Shown one piece after another: positions 21,579 to 35,100 of a stretch of DNA of 64,000 nt (positions within the stretch are counted from its first letter, which is position 1; each line of letters begins with the position of its first letter). Where the stretch lies: the NCBI GenBank assembly GCA_014905635.1, contig JABVCE010000015.1, positions 310,001 through 374,000 on the forward strand, in the 5' to 3' direction. The position numbers and the translations under genes were made by a program. Below the pieces are notes generated by a model that saw only the letters and a program-made list of their open reading frames with translations, had not been told where the DNA came from and searched no databases. Source of the stretch: Scenedesmus sp. PABB004 (taxonomy: Eukaryota).

Positions 21579-24481
21579 ATGCTGCCGGCGAGCCCGCGCG
21601 CGCTGGAGGGCCACGCCGCGGCGGCGGCGGCCAGCGTCGCGCGCCTGTCGGCGCTGTCCGCGCGGCTGGCGGCGGTGAGCGCCGCTGCGGCGCCCTGGCT
21701 GGCGCCCGACACCACCAAGGCGAAGCCAGGAAGCGGGGCGCCGGCGGCGGCGACGGCACCAGCGGCGGCGGCAGCAGCAGCAGCAGCAGCAGCGGCGGCT
21801 GCGTGCGCCGAGCCGGGCGTGGCCTCGCTCGCTCGCATCCTCACCGCAGCGCTGGCGGCGACGGGGGGCCTGGGCGGCGCTGCCAACGGCGCTGCCGGTG
21901 CCCTCAACGACGCGGCGCCGGGCGGGCGCGCCGCCGTCCCGAGCGCCGCGGCGGCGGCCGCAGCGGCCGGCGGCGTTGGCGGCGACAGCGGCAGCGACAG
22001 CGGCGACGCGCTGGCGGACGTGCCGCTGCGGGCGCGGCTGCACGCGATGCGGCCAGCCGCGCGTGCCGACGGCGGCGGCGGCAACGCGGAGCGCTCGGCC
22101 GGCTGCGCGCCAGCGTCGGCGGGATCCAGCAGCGCAGCAGCGCGCTGCGGCGGCGGTGGCGCCAGCAGCCGCCGCAGCAGCAGCAGCAGCAGCAGCGACG
22201 ACGACGCACTGCTTGATGTTCCGCTCGCGCTGCGCATGCAGCGCCTGCCCGGCGCGGCGCCGGGCCGCCGCACCAAGGCGAGCGTGGTCGCCACGATCCG
22301 GGCGCGCGCCGCGGCGGCGGCGGCAGCAGCGTCCGCGCAGCAGCAGGAGCAGCAGCAGCAGCACGGCGGCCTGGCGGCGCCGCCGGCCTCGGAGCCGCCC
22401 CGGGCGTGGCGGGCGGCGGCGGCGAGCAGCAGCGGCGGCAGCGGCGATGGCAGCAGCAGCGACGGCGGCGCGCCGGCGGCCGCCCGCAAGGCGGCGGCAG
22501 CGCCCGGCGGCGGGGGCGAGCCTCGCTCGGGCAGTGCCGCAGCGGCGGGGGGCTGCGGCCGCGGCTGGCAGCAGCAGTCGCCGCTGCACAGCCCCTTCCC
22601 AGAGCCTGCGTCGGCCTGGGCGCACGTGCAGCAGCAGCAGGAACAGCAGCGGGAGCAGCAGCAGCAGGCGGAGCAGGAGCAGCAGCAGCAGTGCAAGCAC
22701 TGCGGCGCACAGCCGCAGGCGCAGGCAGCGGCGGCGCCTGACGCGCATGAGAGTGCAGTGGTGGACCTGTTTGGGCTGCCCGAGCTGCGGGCGGGGAGCA
22801 AGCGGCACAGGTTTGAACCCCACATACACAGCAGGAGCGTGCGGCACGCGGCGGCCAACGCTGGACCGCCCGCGCCGCCTGCGCCGAGCCCGCCGCCAGC
22901 GCCGCCGCGGCCCCGCGCGCCGAGCGTGCAGGCGGCCGCGGCGGCGGTGTCGGGGGCGGCTGGCAATCGCCCAGACGACGTGCACGACGCCGCAGCGGCG
23001 GCGCCCGGGGCGCCCTCGCCCGACGCCGACGGCGTGCGCGCGGCGGCGCACCCCGCTGCTGCTGGGCAGCGGGCGGGGCCGCCGCCGGCCGGAGAGGGGG
23101 TCATGGCCAGCAGCGAGGAACGCCTGCCAGCGCGCGGCGCGGCGCCGCGCGCGCGGTGCGGCGATGCCAAGCCCGGCCGCGGCGCACCCGGGCCGCGCTC
23201 GACGTGCGAGGCCGCCTCGGCGGCGCCATCGCCGGCGCCCGCTGCGGCTGCGCCCAGCTACGGCCGCGCAGGCAAGGACGTGGGCGAGGTTCTGCGCAGC
23301 TTTTTCGAGCGGCGCAGCCTTGCCGCCGACGCACGCGGGCAGCCGCACCCGGCGGGCGACGCCGATGTCAAGCCCGTGCGCCGACGTGCCTGGAGGGGGA
23401 AAAGGTGGTCGCTTGCATCTGCCGTTGCTGCCGCGGCGGCCGCCGCCGCACAGGCCGCCGCCACAACAGAGCGGGCCGAGGCGGCGCGGCAGGACGTGCA
23501 CGCGGCGGTGCGGGCGCAGGAGAGCGAGCGCTGGCCCGACAGCGGCGAAGGCGGCGAGCGCAGCGGCGAGCGCAGCAGCGGCGGCTCCAGCTGCGGCGAG
23601 GCGGCGGACAGCCACGCTGCGGGCAGCGCAGAGGCGCGCGCCGGCGGCACGGCGGACGCGCGCGACGCCCACGACGGCGCCGCCGGCGTCGGCGGCCGGG
23701 CTGACGTGGACGGCGCGGCCGGGAGCGGCCCCGCCGCTGCCACCCGGCTGCGGCCCGAGCTCGAGGCGGCAGAGTGGGCGGCGCGGCGGGCGGAGATCGA
23801 ACGCCAACGTGTGGCCGCGGCGGCGGCCAAGCTGCAGGCGAAGCGCAAGCGCGAGGCCGCGGCGGCCATGGAGGTGCGCGCGCGCGGGGCCGGCGCGGCG
23901 GGCGGGCGGGCACGCGCCGGCAGCGGGCGCGCGGGCAGTGCCGGGAGGGGGCCCGTGCTGCTGCCTGTGCGCCGTCACTGCTGGCCGGCTCACTCGCACC
24001 GCCGCCGCCGCCGCCGCCGCCGCTGTCGAGCAGGCGCGCGTGCGCGCGCGGCTCGCCGAGCACCACCAGACCGCGGCCGCCGCGAGCGCGGAGGCCGCGG
24101 CGCGCGAGGCGCTGACCGCCGCGGCGCGCGCGCGGCTGGACGCGGAGCTCGGCCCCGCGCTGCGCGCGCGCAACCTCGCCGCGCTGCTCGCCCGCCTGGG
24201 CGTGCTCGCGGCGTCCCGCGGCGGCGCCGCGACGGCCGCGGAGGTCAAGCAGGGGCTCAAGCGCGCCAAGGTGCAGCGCCGCGCCGCGCCGCGCCGGCCA
24301 AGAGGCGGGCGGCGCGGCCGACCCTGCACGCCGCCCCTGCACGCCGCCCCTGCGCCGCCCGGCGCAGGTCAAGTTCCACCCCGACAAGGTGCCGGCGGGC
24401 GCCTCGCTGGCGGAGCGCGTGCGGTGCGAGGAGGTGAGCAAGATTCTGAACGCCTGGAGCTCGGCGGGCCTCCGCGGCTAG
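21579..24481 (+). CDS. Low-complexity protein with C-terminal coiled coil and truncated J-domain (HPD), similar to a plant C-terminal DnaJ-like family; 3 exons
   Basis: AEWAARRAEIERQ..KRKRE, NLAALLARLGV and EVKQGLKRAK/VKFHPDK..ERVRCEEVSKILNAW after splicing at 23873/24034 and 24270/24368. TAG at 24479-24481. Confidence 0.72.
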
Positions 24482-24994
24482 TGGTGGCGCCGCGGCGGCG
24501 GCGGCGGCGTGTCGGACCGGCACTCGTCGGCGCGCCGGCGGCGAGCGGCGGCGCCCGCTGGCCAGTACGCGCCGGGTGCGTGCGATGGTCCCGCCGGGGG
24601 GCGCGGGCGGGCCGCGGGCGAGCGAGCAGCTGCACCTCGTTGGTCATGGCGGGACGCGGGGCCGTGCGGGCCGCGCCGGTAATCGCGCGCGCGCTCGTTC
24701 GCCTGCCGCACCGCGCTCTCTTGACGCCCCACGAGCGGTCTGAGCGCGCACACACGCGCTGCACGCAGGCGGTCAGAGCAGAGCCGGTCACCACCGGGCG
24801 CCTTCTCTGCTCCCGCGCGCCGCCTAGACGGTGCGCGAGTGGCCGCGCTGCCGCCGAGGGCTTGGAGCTGCGACCCGCCGCATGACGCGCCCATCAGCAG
24901 CGCGAAGCGACCGCTGCTCGCGCGGTCAGCGCGGTCGCGCGCGAGGCCAACCGGCCGCCCGCCCCGCGGCGCAGGTGCACCGGCTCTGCGCGCC

Positions 24995-26593
24995 ATGAGG
25001 GCCCTCTTCGCCCTCGCGCTGCTCGCGGCGGTCGCCGCGTCAGGTGCGGGCCGGCGCGGCGAGGCGGCGCCGCCCCCGCCGCCGCCCCCGCTGCCGCCGG
25101 CCGGCTCAGCTCACCCCCCCCCCCTCCCTCCTCGCCGCGCAGCCGCCGCTACGAGCGAGGCGGCCGAGTCGCTGCTGCACGCGTCGGCGGCCATCGCGGC
25201 TGACCCCACCCACCTGGGTGCGCGCGCGCGCTGCGCGGCGCCGCCGCGCGCCGTGCCGGCCGCGCGCGCGCCGCCTCCGCCGCGCCGGGCCGCGCCGCGA
25301 CCCCCGCCCGCCCCGCACCGCGCCCGCAGACGCGCCCGTCGCCGCCGCGTCGACCCCGAGCGCCGCGAAGCCCCCCGCCGCGACCCGCAAGATGCTGCTG
25401 CCGGCCGCCAAGGCCCGCCGCGCCGCCAAGCCCACCGCCGCGGCCAAGGCGCTGCGGGGCGCCGCGGCCGCGGCCGCCACCAAGCCCACGGCGCCGGCGG
25501 CGCAGCCCGCCGTCGCGGCCGCGGCCGCGGCCAAGCCCGTCGCTGAGGCCAAGCCCGCGCCCGCGGCGGCGCAGCCCGCCGCCGTCGCGGCCGCGGCCAA
25601 GCCCGTCGCTGAGGCCAAGCCCGCCGCGCCCGCGGCGGCGAAGCCCGAGGCAGCCATGGTCACCCTGACCTCGCGCAGCGGGCGCCCGGTGACCCTCTTC
25701 AAGGCCTCCACCGGCGAGGCCGCCGGCGACGCCGCGCTGCGCGAGTCTGGCCAGGTCGTGCTGCCGCCCGCGTCGCCGCCGGCCAAGAAGCCCGCCGCCG
25801 GCCGCTGGCCCTGGTCCAAGGCCAAGGCCGGCGCGGCCAAGGCGGGCGCCGAGGCGGCCAAGCCGGCCAAGGCTGTGCGCGTCACGGGCCCGGCCGTCGT
25901 CAAGACCAACCCCCACGGCACCGCCGCGGGTGCGCCGTCGGCCCACGCTCTGCGCCTCCGCTCTGAGCGCCCGCGGCGCGCGCCGACCCTGCCCGCACCG
26001 CGCCGCCGCCGCTGCCCACACCGCCGCCGGCACCGCCGCCGCCCCCCCCCCTCCGCCACCCAGTGCCCCTGAGTGAGAAGGAGGCGGCCGCGCGGCACGG
26101 CGGCGGCGGCCACGGCGGCCACGGCTTCGGCGGCGGCGGCCGCGCCTTTGGCGGCGGCTACGGCGGCCGCGCGTGGGGCCGCAGCTACGGTGGCTACGGC
26201 TCGGGCCGCATCTGGCAGCGCCCCTCGTACGGCAGCGGCTGGGGCGGCAGCTGGAGCTCACCCTACACCGGCAGCTGGGGCGGCGACGACTGGGGCTACG
26301 GTGCGCGGCCGCGCGCCGCGCGCCGCGCGCCGCGCGCACCGCGCGCCCGTACCGATGGCGCCAAGTCCCCCCCGCTGGCGCGGCCCGCCCGCTCACCTGC
26401 CTCTCGCCGTGTCGCCACCGCGCCGCGCCGCCCGCCCGCAGGCAACTGGGGCCGCCGCTGGGGTGGTGCCTACTCCGGCAGGAGCTGGGCCTCCCCGCGC
26501 GGCTACGCGAGCTCCATGGCCGGCTGGGGCGGCAGCGGGCGCAGCGTGTGCGCGTTTGCGGGCCGCGCGCGCGCGTGCAGCTTCTCGGGCTGA
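24995..26593 (+). CDS. Secreted protein with Ala/Pro/Lys repeats and a Gly/Trp/Tyr/Ser-rich C-terminus (putative cell-wall structural protein); 5 exons
   Basis: Signal peptide MRALFALALLAAVAAS; four phase-1 GT-AG introns; AAKPVAEAKPA repeats; GGRAWGRSYGGYG..WGGSW tail ending in two Cys; TGTAA at 27107. Confidence 0.75.
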
Positions 26594-27634
26594 TCGGGCC
26601 AAGTAGGCGGGGGCGGGGAGCGAGCCTGTAGACCTAGGCCTAGCTAGGCGGGGGAGCCGCGGCGCGCCAGCGCGCGCCAGCGGGCGGTCGGTAGCTCACT
26701 TGATGCTGGCGGCCGGCCCGGGCGGGCCCTGTCAGAGCTCGCTGAGCTGGCGGCGGCGGCGGCGGCGCCCATTCACGCCGCCGCCGCCACTGCCCGTGGA
26801 TCAATAGGTAGGGTCTACCATTCTGCGATTGGAGCCTTTCCATTCATTCTTGTGGCGTCCTTCTTTTCGTCCCTGTGTGCCTCGCGTAGCGCGCCGCGCC
26901 CTGTGGCGGCGCCGGCCCCGCGCGCCGCCCTGTGGCGGCGCCGGCCCCGCGCGCCGCGCGCCGCTCCGTGGCGCGCGCGGCGCTCGGGCAATAAGCGAGG
27001 AGCCGCCCGCGGCCTGTGCTGCGGGGCCCTCGCCTTGTTCGACTGGCCGGCCCTGGCTGTGGTCGTGGAATAAAGGATGTGGACGCGCTGCTGAGAAAGC
27101 AAGCCATGTAAACCTTCACTGCCTGCCGCGGGCGTCTCAGCGCGCCGGCGGTTCCCGGCGCCCCGCCCGTGCGTCCGCCGCCAGCATCGCGTTTCGGTCA
27201 GGCCGCGCCCGGATCACGCCGCCACTGCCACGGCGCGCCGCGGCGACGCCCGCGCGGTCCGTCTCAGCAGCAGCAGCAGCAGCAGCGGGCGCCGCCGGCC
27301 ACACGCCGCCGGCCACGCGCGCCGCGCCTCGCCCGCCCGGGCCGTCTGCTCTGTCGATCGTCAGGCCGCGCCAGCGCCCGACCGGAGGCCGCCTGCGGCC
27401 GCAACGCGCCGCTGCAGCGACTCTGTGCCGCCCCGCCCGCTGGCGGCGCGCCCGGGGCAGCGCCTGATCGGGTGCGCGAGCCAGCGTCGCGGCGCTCCTG
27501 ACTCGCCTGGGCGCTGGCGGCTCGCGGCGGTGGCGGCAGGCCGGCGAGTGCGCGGGCGCCGCTGCTGAGCGCTGCCGTGCGGCCAGCGCTCGCGCCGCTT
27601 CACGGCGGCGGTGTCAGCCCCAGCGCGTGCCAGC

Positions 27635-30345
27635 ATGCCGCGCGGCGCCGCCGCCGCCAACCGGCGCTGGGCAGCGGAGGCCTCGGCGGTGCTGGAGCGC
27701 GCGGCGGCGGCGCCCGACCTGGCGGCGTGCGCGGCGCTGTGGCCCGGCGTGCGGCAGGTCTATCAGGCCTACTGGGGGGCACTGGCAGCGCGCGTCGACC
27801 TCGACCCCGGCTTTGCGCCCGACCCCGCGGCGCTGTGCCTGCTGCCGCTGCTCTGCCGGGCAGCGGGGCGGGGCGTGGCGCTGCTGGCGGCCGGCGGCGG
27901 TGCCGGCTTGCGCCGCAACCCCGAAGCCGTGCGGGTGGGAGCTGCGCTCCTGGGCCTGCTGGCTGTGCACCTAGATGATGCAGCCTTCTTCCCACGCGAC
28001 AGCGACATGGTGGCGCTGCAGCAGCAGCTGCACGAGCAGGGTGCGCGGCGCGCCTGCGCGCGCCCTGGCCCTGCGTCGCACCCCCACGTGGCACCGCCCA
28101 CGCCGACCGCCGGCCCCGCTCGCTCGCCGCCGCGGCGTGCCGCGCAGGCCTGAGGCAAGCGGTTGCGGCCGCAGCGGCCCCGCTGGCGGCGGAGCTGGAG
28201 CAGGAGGCGTGCAGCGCGAAGCAGCGCAGAGCTGTGGACCACGACCGCCTGCACCTCCTGGCATGCGCTGCTCAGGCCACGCTGGCGGCCTGGGCAGCTC
28301 TGGCCCAGGCAGACAGCAAGGCGCCCAGCGCTGCGCTGGTGCGAGAGGCTGCGCCGACCGCGCGGCTGGCTGCTGCAGCCCTGCGCATGAGGCTGGTGGA
28401 GGGCGCCGCCGCCGCTGCCGCCCCTGGCAGCGGTGCCGGCGCGGGCAGCGGTGCCAGCGGGGGCAGCGGTGCCAGCGTGGGCAGCGGCGGCAGCACAGGC
28501 AGCGGCAGCAGCGCCGGCGGGGCGCTCCTCGCGCTTGAGAAGTCTGGCCTGAGGGCGACGGAGCTGGTCAGCGCCATTGTGCATGCGTTTGGCAGCGACG
28601 AAGCTCAGCCCCACGACGGCGAGCTCGCCGCAGCGGAGGCCGCCGCGTTTGCCGACCGCCACGTGCGCTCTGCGCTGCTCACGGCGCTCGCCGCGTGCGC
28701 CGGCAAGGTGCTCCGCCGAGGGGGCGGCGGGCGGGCGGGCGCGCTGGCGGCGCCCCTGGCGGGGCTGCTGTCGGCGCTGGGGCTCGAGCACCTCGATCCG
28801 TCGTGTGTTGATGTGGTGAGCATCCCCGCAGCGCACGCCTCCACGGCCCTTGTAGCCCTGATTGAGCACGTGGTCGAGGGCGGCGGCGCTGCCGGTGCTG
28901 GGCTCGAGGGCCCCGCCGCCTCGGAGCTGCGCGCGTGGCTCCCGGCCGCGGTCGCCGTGCTCGTGCAGCTATGCGTGGTGCAGCTGGAGCTGATCCTGCC
29001 TGACCTCGTGCAGCTCTTGCTGCCAATAAGCACTGCCATCGACTTCATGGGACCAGCCTGCCTGCTGGGCGCGGACGCGCCGCGGCTGCTGCCGGTTGCG
29101 GTGCTGAGAGCCCTGCAGCGCAGCGCCGGCGAGGCGAGGGCACGGGAGATCAGCGAGCTTTGCTTGAAGCTGCTCCTGCGGGTGTTGCTCGTGACGTGCG
29201 AGTCAGGTGCGCGTGCGCTGGCGGGGGCTGTGCGCTGCAGCGGCCAGCGCTTGGCTGGCCGCCCGCCCGCTCACGCCGCTGCCTGCGTCCGCCGCTCAGG
29301 CCCCGCCGGCGACGCCGCGCTGCGTGCGGCGCTGGGCGAGGAGCTCGGCACGGCCACGGCAGGCATCGAGGCGGCGCTGCGCAGCGGCGTCGATGCCCCT
29401 GCGCGCATGTCCCTGGCCTCCCACCTGCCGCGGCTGTGCGCGCAGCTGCCCGCGCTGCGGCCCACACCGGCGCTGGCAGCGCTGCTCCTCACCTGCCTCA
29501 AGGTGCAGGCGCAGGCAAGCAACCTCGCACCGCGAGTGCAGGGCATTTTGCTGTCCGTGGCCGCGGGCTGCGCCGGCGGCATCGCACCCAAGCTGCTGCG
29601 GGACCGGCAGACGGTCGGTCGTGCCAGCTACGACGACATGGCGCCCTGGCTGGCGCTGACGGCGCGCGCCCTGGCGCAGGCCGGGCAGCTGCTCGCGCCG
29701 CGGGCCGGCCCTGACGCTGGCCCGGGCGCCAGCCGGTCAGACGCTGGCTCTGCTGAGGCAGGCCGTGGCACGCAGCTCAGGCTCCTCGTCTGCCTGGTCG
29801 TGGGCGTGGAATGGCTGGCGGCCGCCCTGCCCTGCCTGGCGGAGGGCGGCGAAGCAGCCGGCGGCCAGGCGGGGAGCAGCTCCAGCTGCAGCCTTGCGGC
29901 GCGCCTGCTGCCGCCGCCGGTGCTGGCGCACCTGGCGGAGCAGGCGGCGGCCGCGAGGGAGGGGCTGGTGGCGGCGCGGGAGCGCGTGCAGGCCGCTGGG
30001 CCGGGCAGCGGTGACGCAGCAGAGTGGCTGCCCGTGCTGCGCGTGACGGTGGGCCCGGCACTGGCGGCGCAGCTGGCTGCGTTTGGCGGCGCGGTGTGCG
30101 GCGCGCTGCCGCTGCGCACCGCGTGCTCCAACCCTGCCTGCACCAACCTGGCGAGCCTGAGCGAGGCGACGCTGGCGCACGGCAAGAGCTGCGTGTGCGC
30201 GGGCTGCCGCGTGGCGCGCGTGTGCGGGCCAGCCTGCCACGCCGCGTACTGGCGTGCGGGGCACAAGGCCGCCTGCAGGCGGCTGCAGGCGACAGCGCGC
30301 GTGTCGGCGGCCCAGCCGCAGCACGGCAGCGGCTCAGCGCGCTGA
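27635..30345 (+). CDS. Ala/Leu-rich helical protein with C-terminal MYND-type zinc finger (family expanded in chlorophycean algae); 3 exons
   Basis: C-terminal [50 protein letters not shown] introns near 28042-28147 and 29207-29299 keep the frame. Confidence 0.75.
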
Positions 30346-30813
30346 GGGCTCTCAGGCCAGCGCTCGTGAGCTCGCCGCCACCCAGCTGGAGGGCAGTTGA
30401 GCTCAGAGCTTGCAGCCCCAGGTGGCCGCAGGCTGCAGTTGAGCTTGCGCGGGCGAGAGTTGATGCCGCGCAGCGGCGGCGCGCGCCGTGCAACGCGCGT
30501 CCGCCCGTTGCAGGTCCGGGCCCCGTCCGAGGCAGCCCCCGCACGCAGGCCCCCGCGTCCCCAACTCGCCCGCAGCGCGCGCCCGCTCGCTGCGGCGCCC
30601 GTGCGCCGCGCCGCGCCGCCCGTGCGGCTGCCCCTCGCCCCCTCCGTTCCTGCCCGCGCCCCCGCGCGCCCTCGGCGCGCGTCCGGCAGCGCTCCCGCCC
30701 GGCGCGCCGTCGCGCCGCGAGCGCACTCCCCCGGCCCGTCCGCGCCGCCCCGCGCTGTGTCAGCGCTGCTCGGGCCCGCCCGGCGCGCCAGCAGCTCCCC
30801 GCCGTCCGGCGCG

Positions 30814-31585
30814 TCAGCTCTCCTCCGCCTCGTCCGGCGCGCCGCGCATGTAGAGCACGTTGTTGCATCGGATGAGCACCTCGCCGAGGTGCCCCGTCGA
30901 CTGCCCGTCCACAAACTCCTCCGTGTTGGCCAGCTGTCGCGGCGGCGGCGGGGGCAGCGGCGGCGGCGGGGGCAGCAGCGGCGGCGGCGGCGGCGCGGGG
31001 GCGCGTTGAGATGCCACGCCGCGGCGCGGCGCCGGCGGCGCGCGCGCGCGGCAGCTGCTGCTGCCCGCCGCCGGCGCTGCCTGGTCGGCTGCTCGCCGCG
31101 CGCCCCTTGCGCGTGCGCCGCTGCTGCTGGCCGCGCCTGGAGGTTCATGTATGCGTCCACGCTGACGAGGTAGCCCTTGTACTCCATGCCCCACTTGAGC
31201 TTCACGACCACGGTCTTGCCGGTCAGCTCGTTGAGGAAGGGCTTGGGGTTGACCGGCACGGCCTGGAGCGCGCGGCGCGCGAGCGGCGCCGCGGCGCGGG
31301 GTGGGCGCGGCGCGCTGCTGCGCTGCTGCGCTGTCGCAGCCGCTGCTGCTGCTGCTGCTGATGCCACCGCTGGCATTCTCCTCGAACGCCGCTGCCGCGG
31401 CCAAGAGCTGCTGCGCCCGGCAGCCCGCCGCCCGGCAGCCCGCCGCCGCCCGCCGCTGCTGCTGCTGCTCGCCCGCCGGCGCCGCGCGCGCGAGCCGCGC
31501 CGGCCCGGCGGCCTTGCCCCGGCGCGGCCGCGGCCCCGGCCACCCGCAGGGCGCCCGGCGCGGCCCAGCGGCTCACCGCGGCCAT
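30814..31585 (-). CDS. SNRPF: Small nuclear ribonucleoprotein F; 3 exons
   Basis: [73 protein letters not shown]. Intron 2 has a GC donor at 31136. Confidence 0.96.
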
Positions 31586-32132
31586 GGTGGCGGCCTGCGC
31601 CTCGCGGGCGGCTGCTGCGCCCCGCCTGGGCGCGACCGGGTCTGCTCCTGGCTCGCCCGCGTCGCGCGAAAGGAGGGCGATCGCAGGACGGTGTGGCGAC
31701 GCCGCTGCGGTGGGCTCCCGGGCTGGCTCGCCGAGGCTGATCGGTGGGGCGGAGCAGGCGCGGTGCGTGTTCTGCAGCCGGCGAGCTTGTCGCGTGGAGG
31801 GAGAGAGGTGTGTAGAGCGGAGAGCAGCGACGGCGGGCAGCCCACGAACCGCGCGCTGCTGCGCCGCCGCCTTGCGCCGCTGCGCCGCGCGCCGCGGTGC
31901 TGCCAGGCGCGTGCACCAGCGTGCGGCCCGCCACAGCTGTCCTGCTCGGCTCACACGCCGACGATCGGGGGAGTCCCGGCACACAGCGCCGCGCAGCGCC
32001 GTCGCGGGCAGCAGCAGCAGCGGCGGGCCCGCCGCTGGCCCGCGGCGACGCCGGCGACGCCGGCCATGGCGGCTCGCGGAGCGACCGCGCGATCCAGGCG
32101 CTAGGCGGCCCCGCCGGGGGGGCTCGGGCGTG

Positions 32133-35100
32133 ATGGAGGCGGCGGCGGCGGCGAGCGCGGAGCTCGCCGAGCTGCGCCTCTGGCTGGTGGAGCCGCTGCA
32201 GTGCCTGCGGGTGCGCCCGGGCGCACGGCAGTGGCAGGCGCCGCGCCCAGGACGCGCCGCGGAGGGGCGCAGGCGGGCGCATGGGCGCCGCGGGCGCCGC
32301 GCGCGCGGCAGCGGCCCGCGCTGCTGCCCCGCCGCCGCGCCGCGCCGGCCCGAGCGCGGCAGGCGCCGCTGCGCCGTGTGTGCCACCTGACCGCCCCACC
32401 GCCCCGTCGGGTGCGCTCGGCGCCGCTGCCGCCGCAGGCGTGCGAGCCGCTGCTGTGCGCGCTCGGCGGCGGCGGCGACGGCGGCGGCCCGCCGCCGGCC
32501 GACCTGCCCGCGCTGCTGGCGGCGCTGCAGCCGCCGTTTTCGGGCAACGGCCCCTGCACCGCGGTGTGGACGGCGGGCGCGATCGCGTACCGCTGCCGCA
32601 CGTGCGCCGTGACGACGAGCAGCGCGGTGTGCGTCGCGTGCTTCCGCGCCGGCGGCCACGAGGCGCATGACTACGTCATGTATCGGTGAGCCCGCTGCGT
32701 GCTGCGCGCGCCGCGCTGCGTCCAGCGGCCAGCAGCGCAAGCACCCGCGGCAGCTGGCGGGCGCGCGCGCACGCGCGCGCACCGCCCGGGCAGCGCGCGC
32801 GCGCGCGCGCCGCCGAGCGACGCACGGCCGCCGCCGCCGGCGCAGGTCGGGCGCGGGCGGCTGCTGCGACTGCGGTGACGTGTCGTCGTGGCGCGCAGAG
32901 GGTGCGTCGCGCCGGCCGGCGCTGCGTGCAAGGCGAGCTGCGCGCGCGCGCCCGCACGCCGTGCCGTGCCGACCCCGCCGCGCGCGGCCGCCGCCCGCAG
33001 GCAGCTGCCCCGCGCACAGCCCGCTGGTCCCAGCGGTGCTGCCGCCGCCGATACCGCCGGCGCTCGAGGCGCTGCTGGTGCCGCTGCTGCGCGTCACCCT
33101 GCTGCAGGCCTGCCTGTGCCTCGAAGGTGCGCCGGCGGGCGACGGGGCGCCGCCGCACCCTGTGGCCCATCCAGCAGCGCTGCTGGCGGGGGCGCCCTCG
33201 CTGGGGCAGCCGTGCTGACGCCGGCCCGCCGCCGCCGCCCTGCGCGCGCGCACGCATGCACACACGCAGCGCTGTCCAAGCTCGCCGCTGGCGCGCCCGC
33301 GGCGTCGGGCGGCAGCACCGCCGCGGCGGCGGCGGCGATGCGCGCGCAGACGGTGGGCGTGCTGCGGTGGCTGCAGCCGCTGCTCAAGGTCTCCCGCATC
33401 CGCAGCCTGGTCTGCGAGGCGCTGCTGCTGCCGCCAGCGGAGCTCGTGGCGCCGCCGGCGGGCGGCGGCGCCGCCGCCGCCGGCGGCACGGAGGCCGCGG
33501 CCGCGGCGGCGGCGCTGTGGCGCGTCGCGGCGGGCCTCGCGGCGCAGCTCGCGCCGCCCAGCCCCGCGCTGCCCTGCCGCGCGCCGGCGCAGCGCGGCTG
33601 CATGCTGCGCCGCCTGCTGCTGCTGGTGCCGAGCATGGCGCCGTGCGGGCACGACCCCGGCGGCGAGCTGCTGGTCGAGGTCACCACGCTGCTGCTGCTG
33701 CTGTTATATGACGCCCAGTTCAAGTATGATACCACCACGCACCTCCTCGACTGCTACGACCGCCTGCTCTCCCTCGTCGGCGCGGCGCGCGACGACGCCA
33801 TCGCCGAGGCGCTCAGCGCCGCGCTGGACCGGCTCACCGTCCAGCTGTTCAACGCCGAGGAGGTGGAGGGCTCGCCGCCGGGGCGGCGCCGGGGCGGCGG
33901 CGGGGCGGGGGCAGGGGGGCGCCGCGCTCGGCGCCGCCCGGCTCACGGCACCGCTGCCGCCCGCCCGCCGCCGCCCGCCGCAGACAACGATGCGGCTGAT
34001 GCGGCAGCAGGCGCTGCTGGAGCAGCTGCTCGCGACGGCGGCGGCGCTCGCGGGTGCGCGGCGGGCGGGGGCGCCGCGCGGCGGGCGGCGCGCGGGCGGC
34101 GGCGGCCGCGCTCTCACACCACGCCCCGCCCCGACGCGCGCAGCCGCGGTGGGGCGGCACATGTCGCCGAACCACCGCGGCCTGCCGGACACGCCCCAGG
34201 CCGAGGCCGCCACGCTCGCGGGCGGGGCGGCGGGCTTCCGGCTGCGCTTCCTGAACCGCGTCAACGCCTACAGGTGCGCGGCGGCGGCGGCGCTGGCGGC
34301 GGCGGCGGCGGCCCTGGCGGCGGCAGCGGCGCGGGCGACGGCGGCGGCGGCGGCGCCGCCGGCCTCCCACGCCCGGCCCGCCCCCGCGCTCCCGCGCCGC
34401 GCCGCGCCGCGCCAGGCGCGTGCTGTGCGACGTCGCCACGGTGGTGCACCACACGCCCGCCGCGCTCATGCTGCTGGGCCACGGCGGCGCCGGCGGCGGC
34501 GACCCACACGCGCTGCTGAAGCAGCTGCTGCGGCTGTTGACCCAGATCCAGGTGGGGCGGGGCGGGGAGGGCGCGTCCGCCGCCGCCGCCGCCGCGTGGG
34601 CGGCAGGCGCAGCGCCGGCCCACGCGTGTCCGCTGCGCCCGCCGCGCCCGCCGCGCCCGCCGCCAGGGGCTGCTGCCGCACCGGCGCATCGCGACCGGCG
34701 ACATGGCGCCGCCGACGGAGCAGGGCAAGGCGAGCGGCAACCTGGAGGTCGTCGCGTCGCTCACGTTCAGTGAGATGCTGGACATCCTGGTCGAACGCGC
34801 GATCGCCGCCGGCGGCGCCGTCGGCGGCGTCGACGGCGCGTCGCTGCTGCGCCTGCTCGCGGGCGCCGCGGAGGTGGCGTGCGACGCGACGCTCGCGTGG
34901 CTGCGCGGCGCGCGCGAGCACGGGGGGCAGCCGCCCGCGCCCGTGGCGGCGCTGTGGGCGCGGCTGCTGGACGGCGAGGCCGCGGTGTCGATGCACCTGC
35001 CGCTCAATCGCTCCGTCGCGATGTGCGTGCGCGCGGCGCTGGCCCACATGCAGGCCGCGCCGGCGGCGGACAGCGCGGAGGCGGCGCGGGCGTACGCCGA

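Noticed and set aside
26633..26960. CTAG palindromes (26633-26649) and a 2x ~28-bp repeat in the 3' UTR of the secreted protein gene
   Set aside because: Too short to distinguish from local slippage; no supporting structure.
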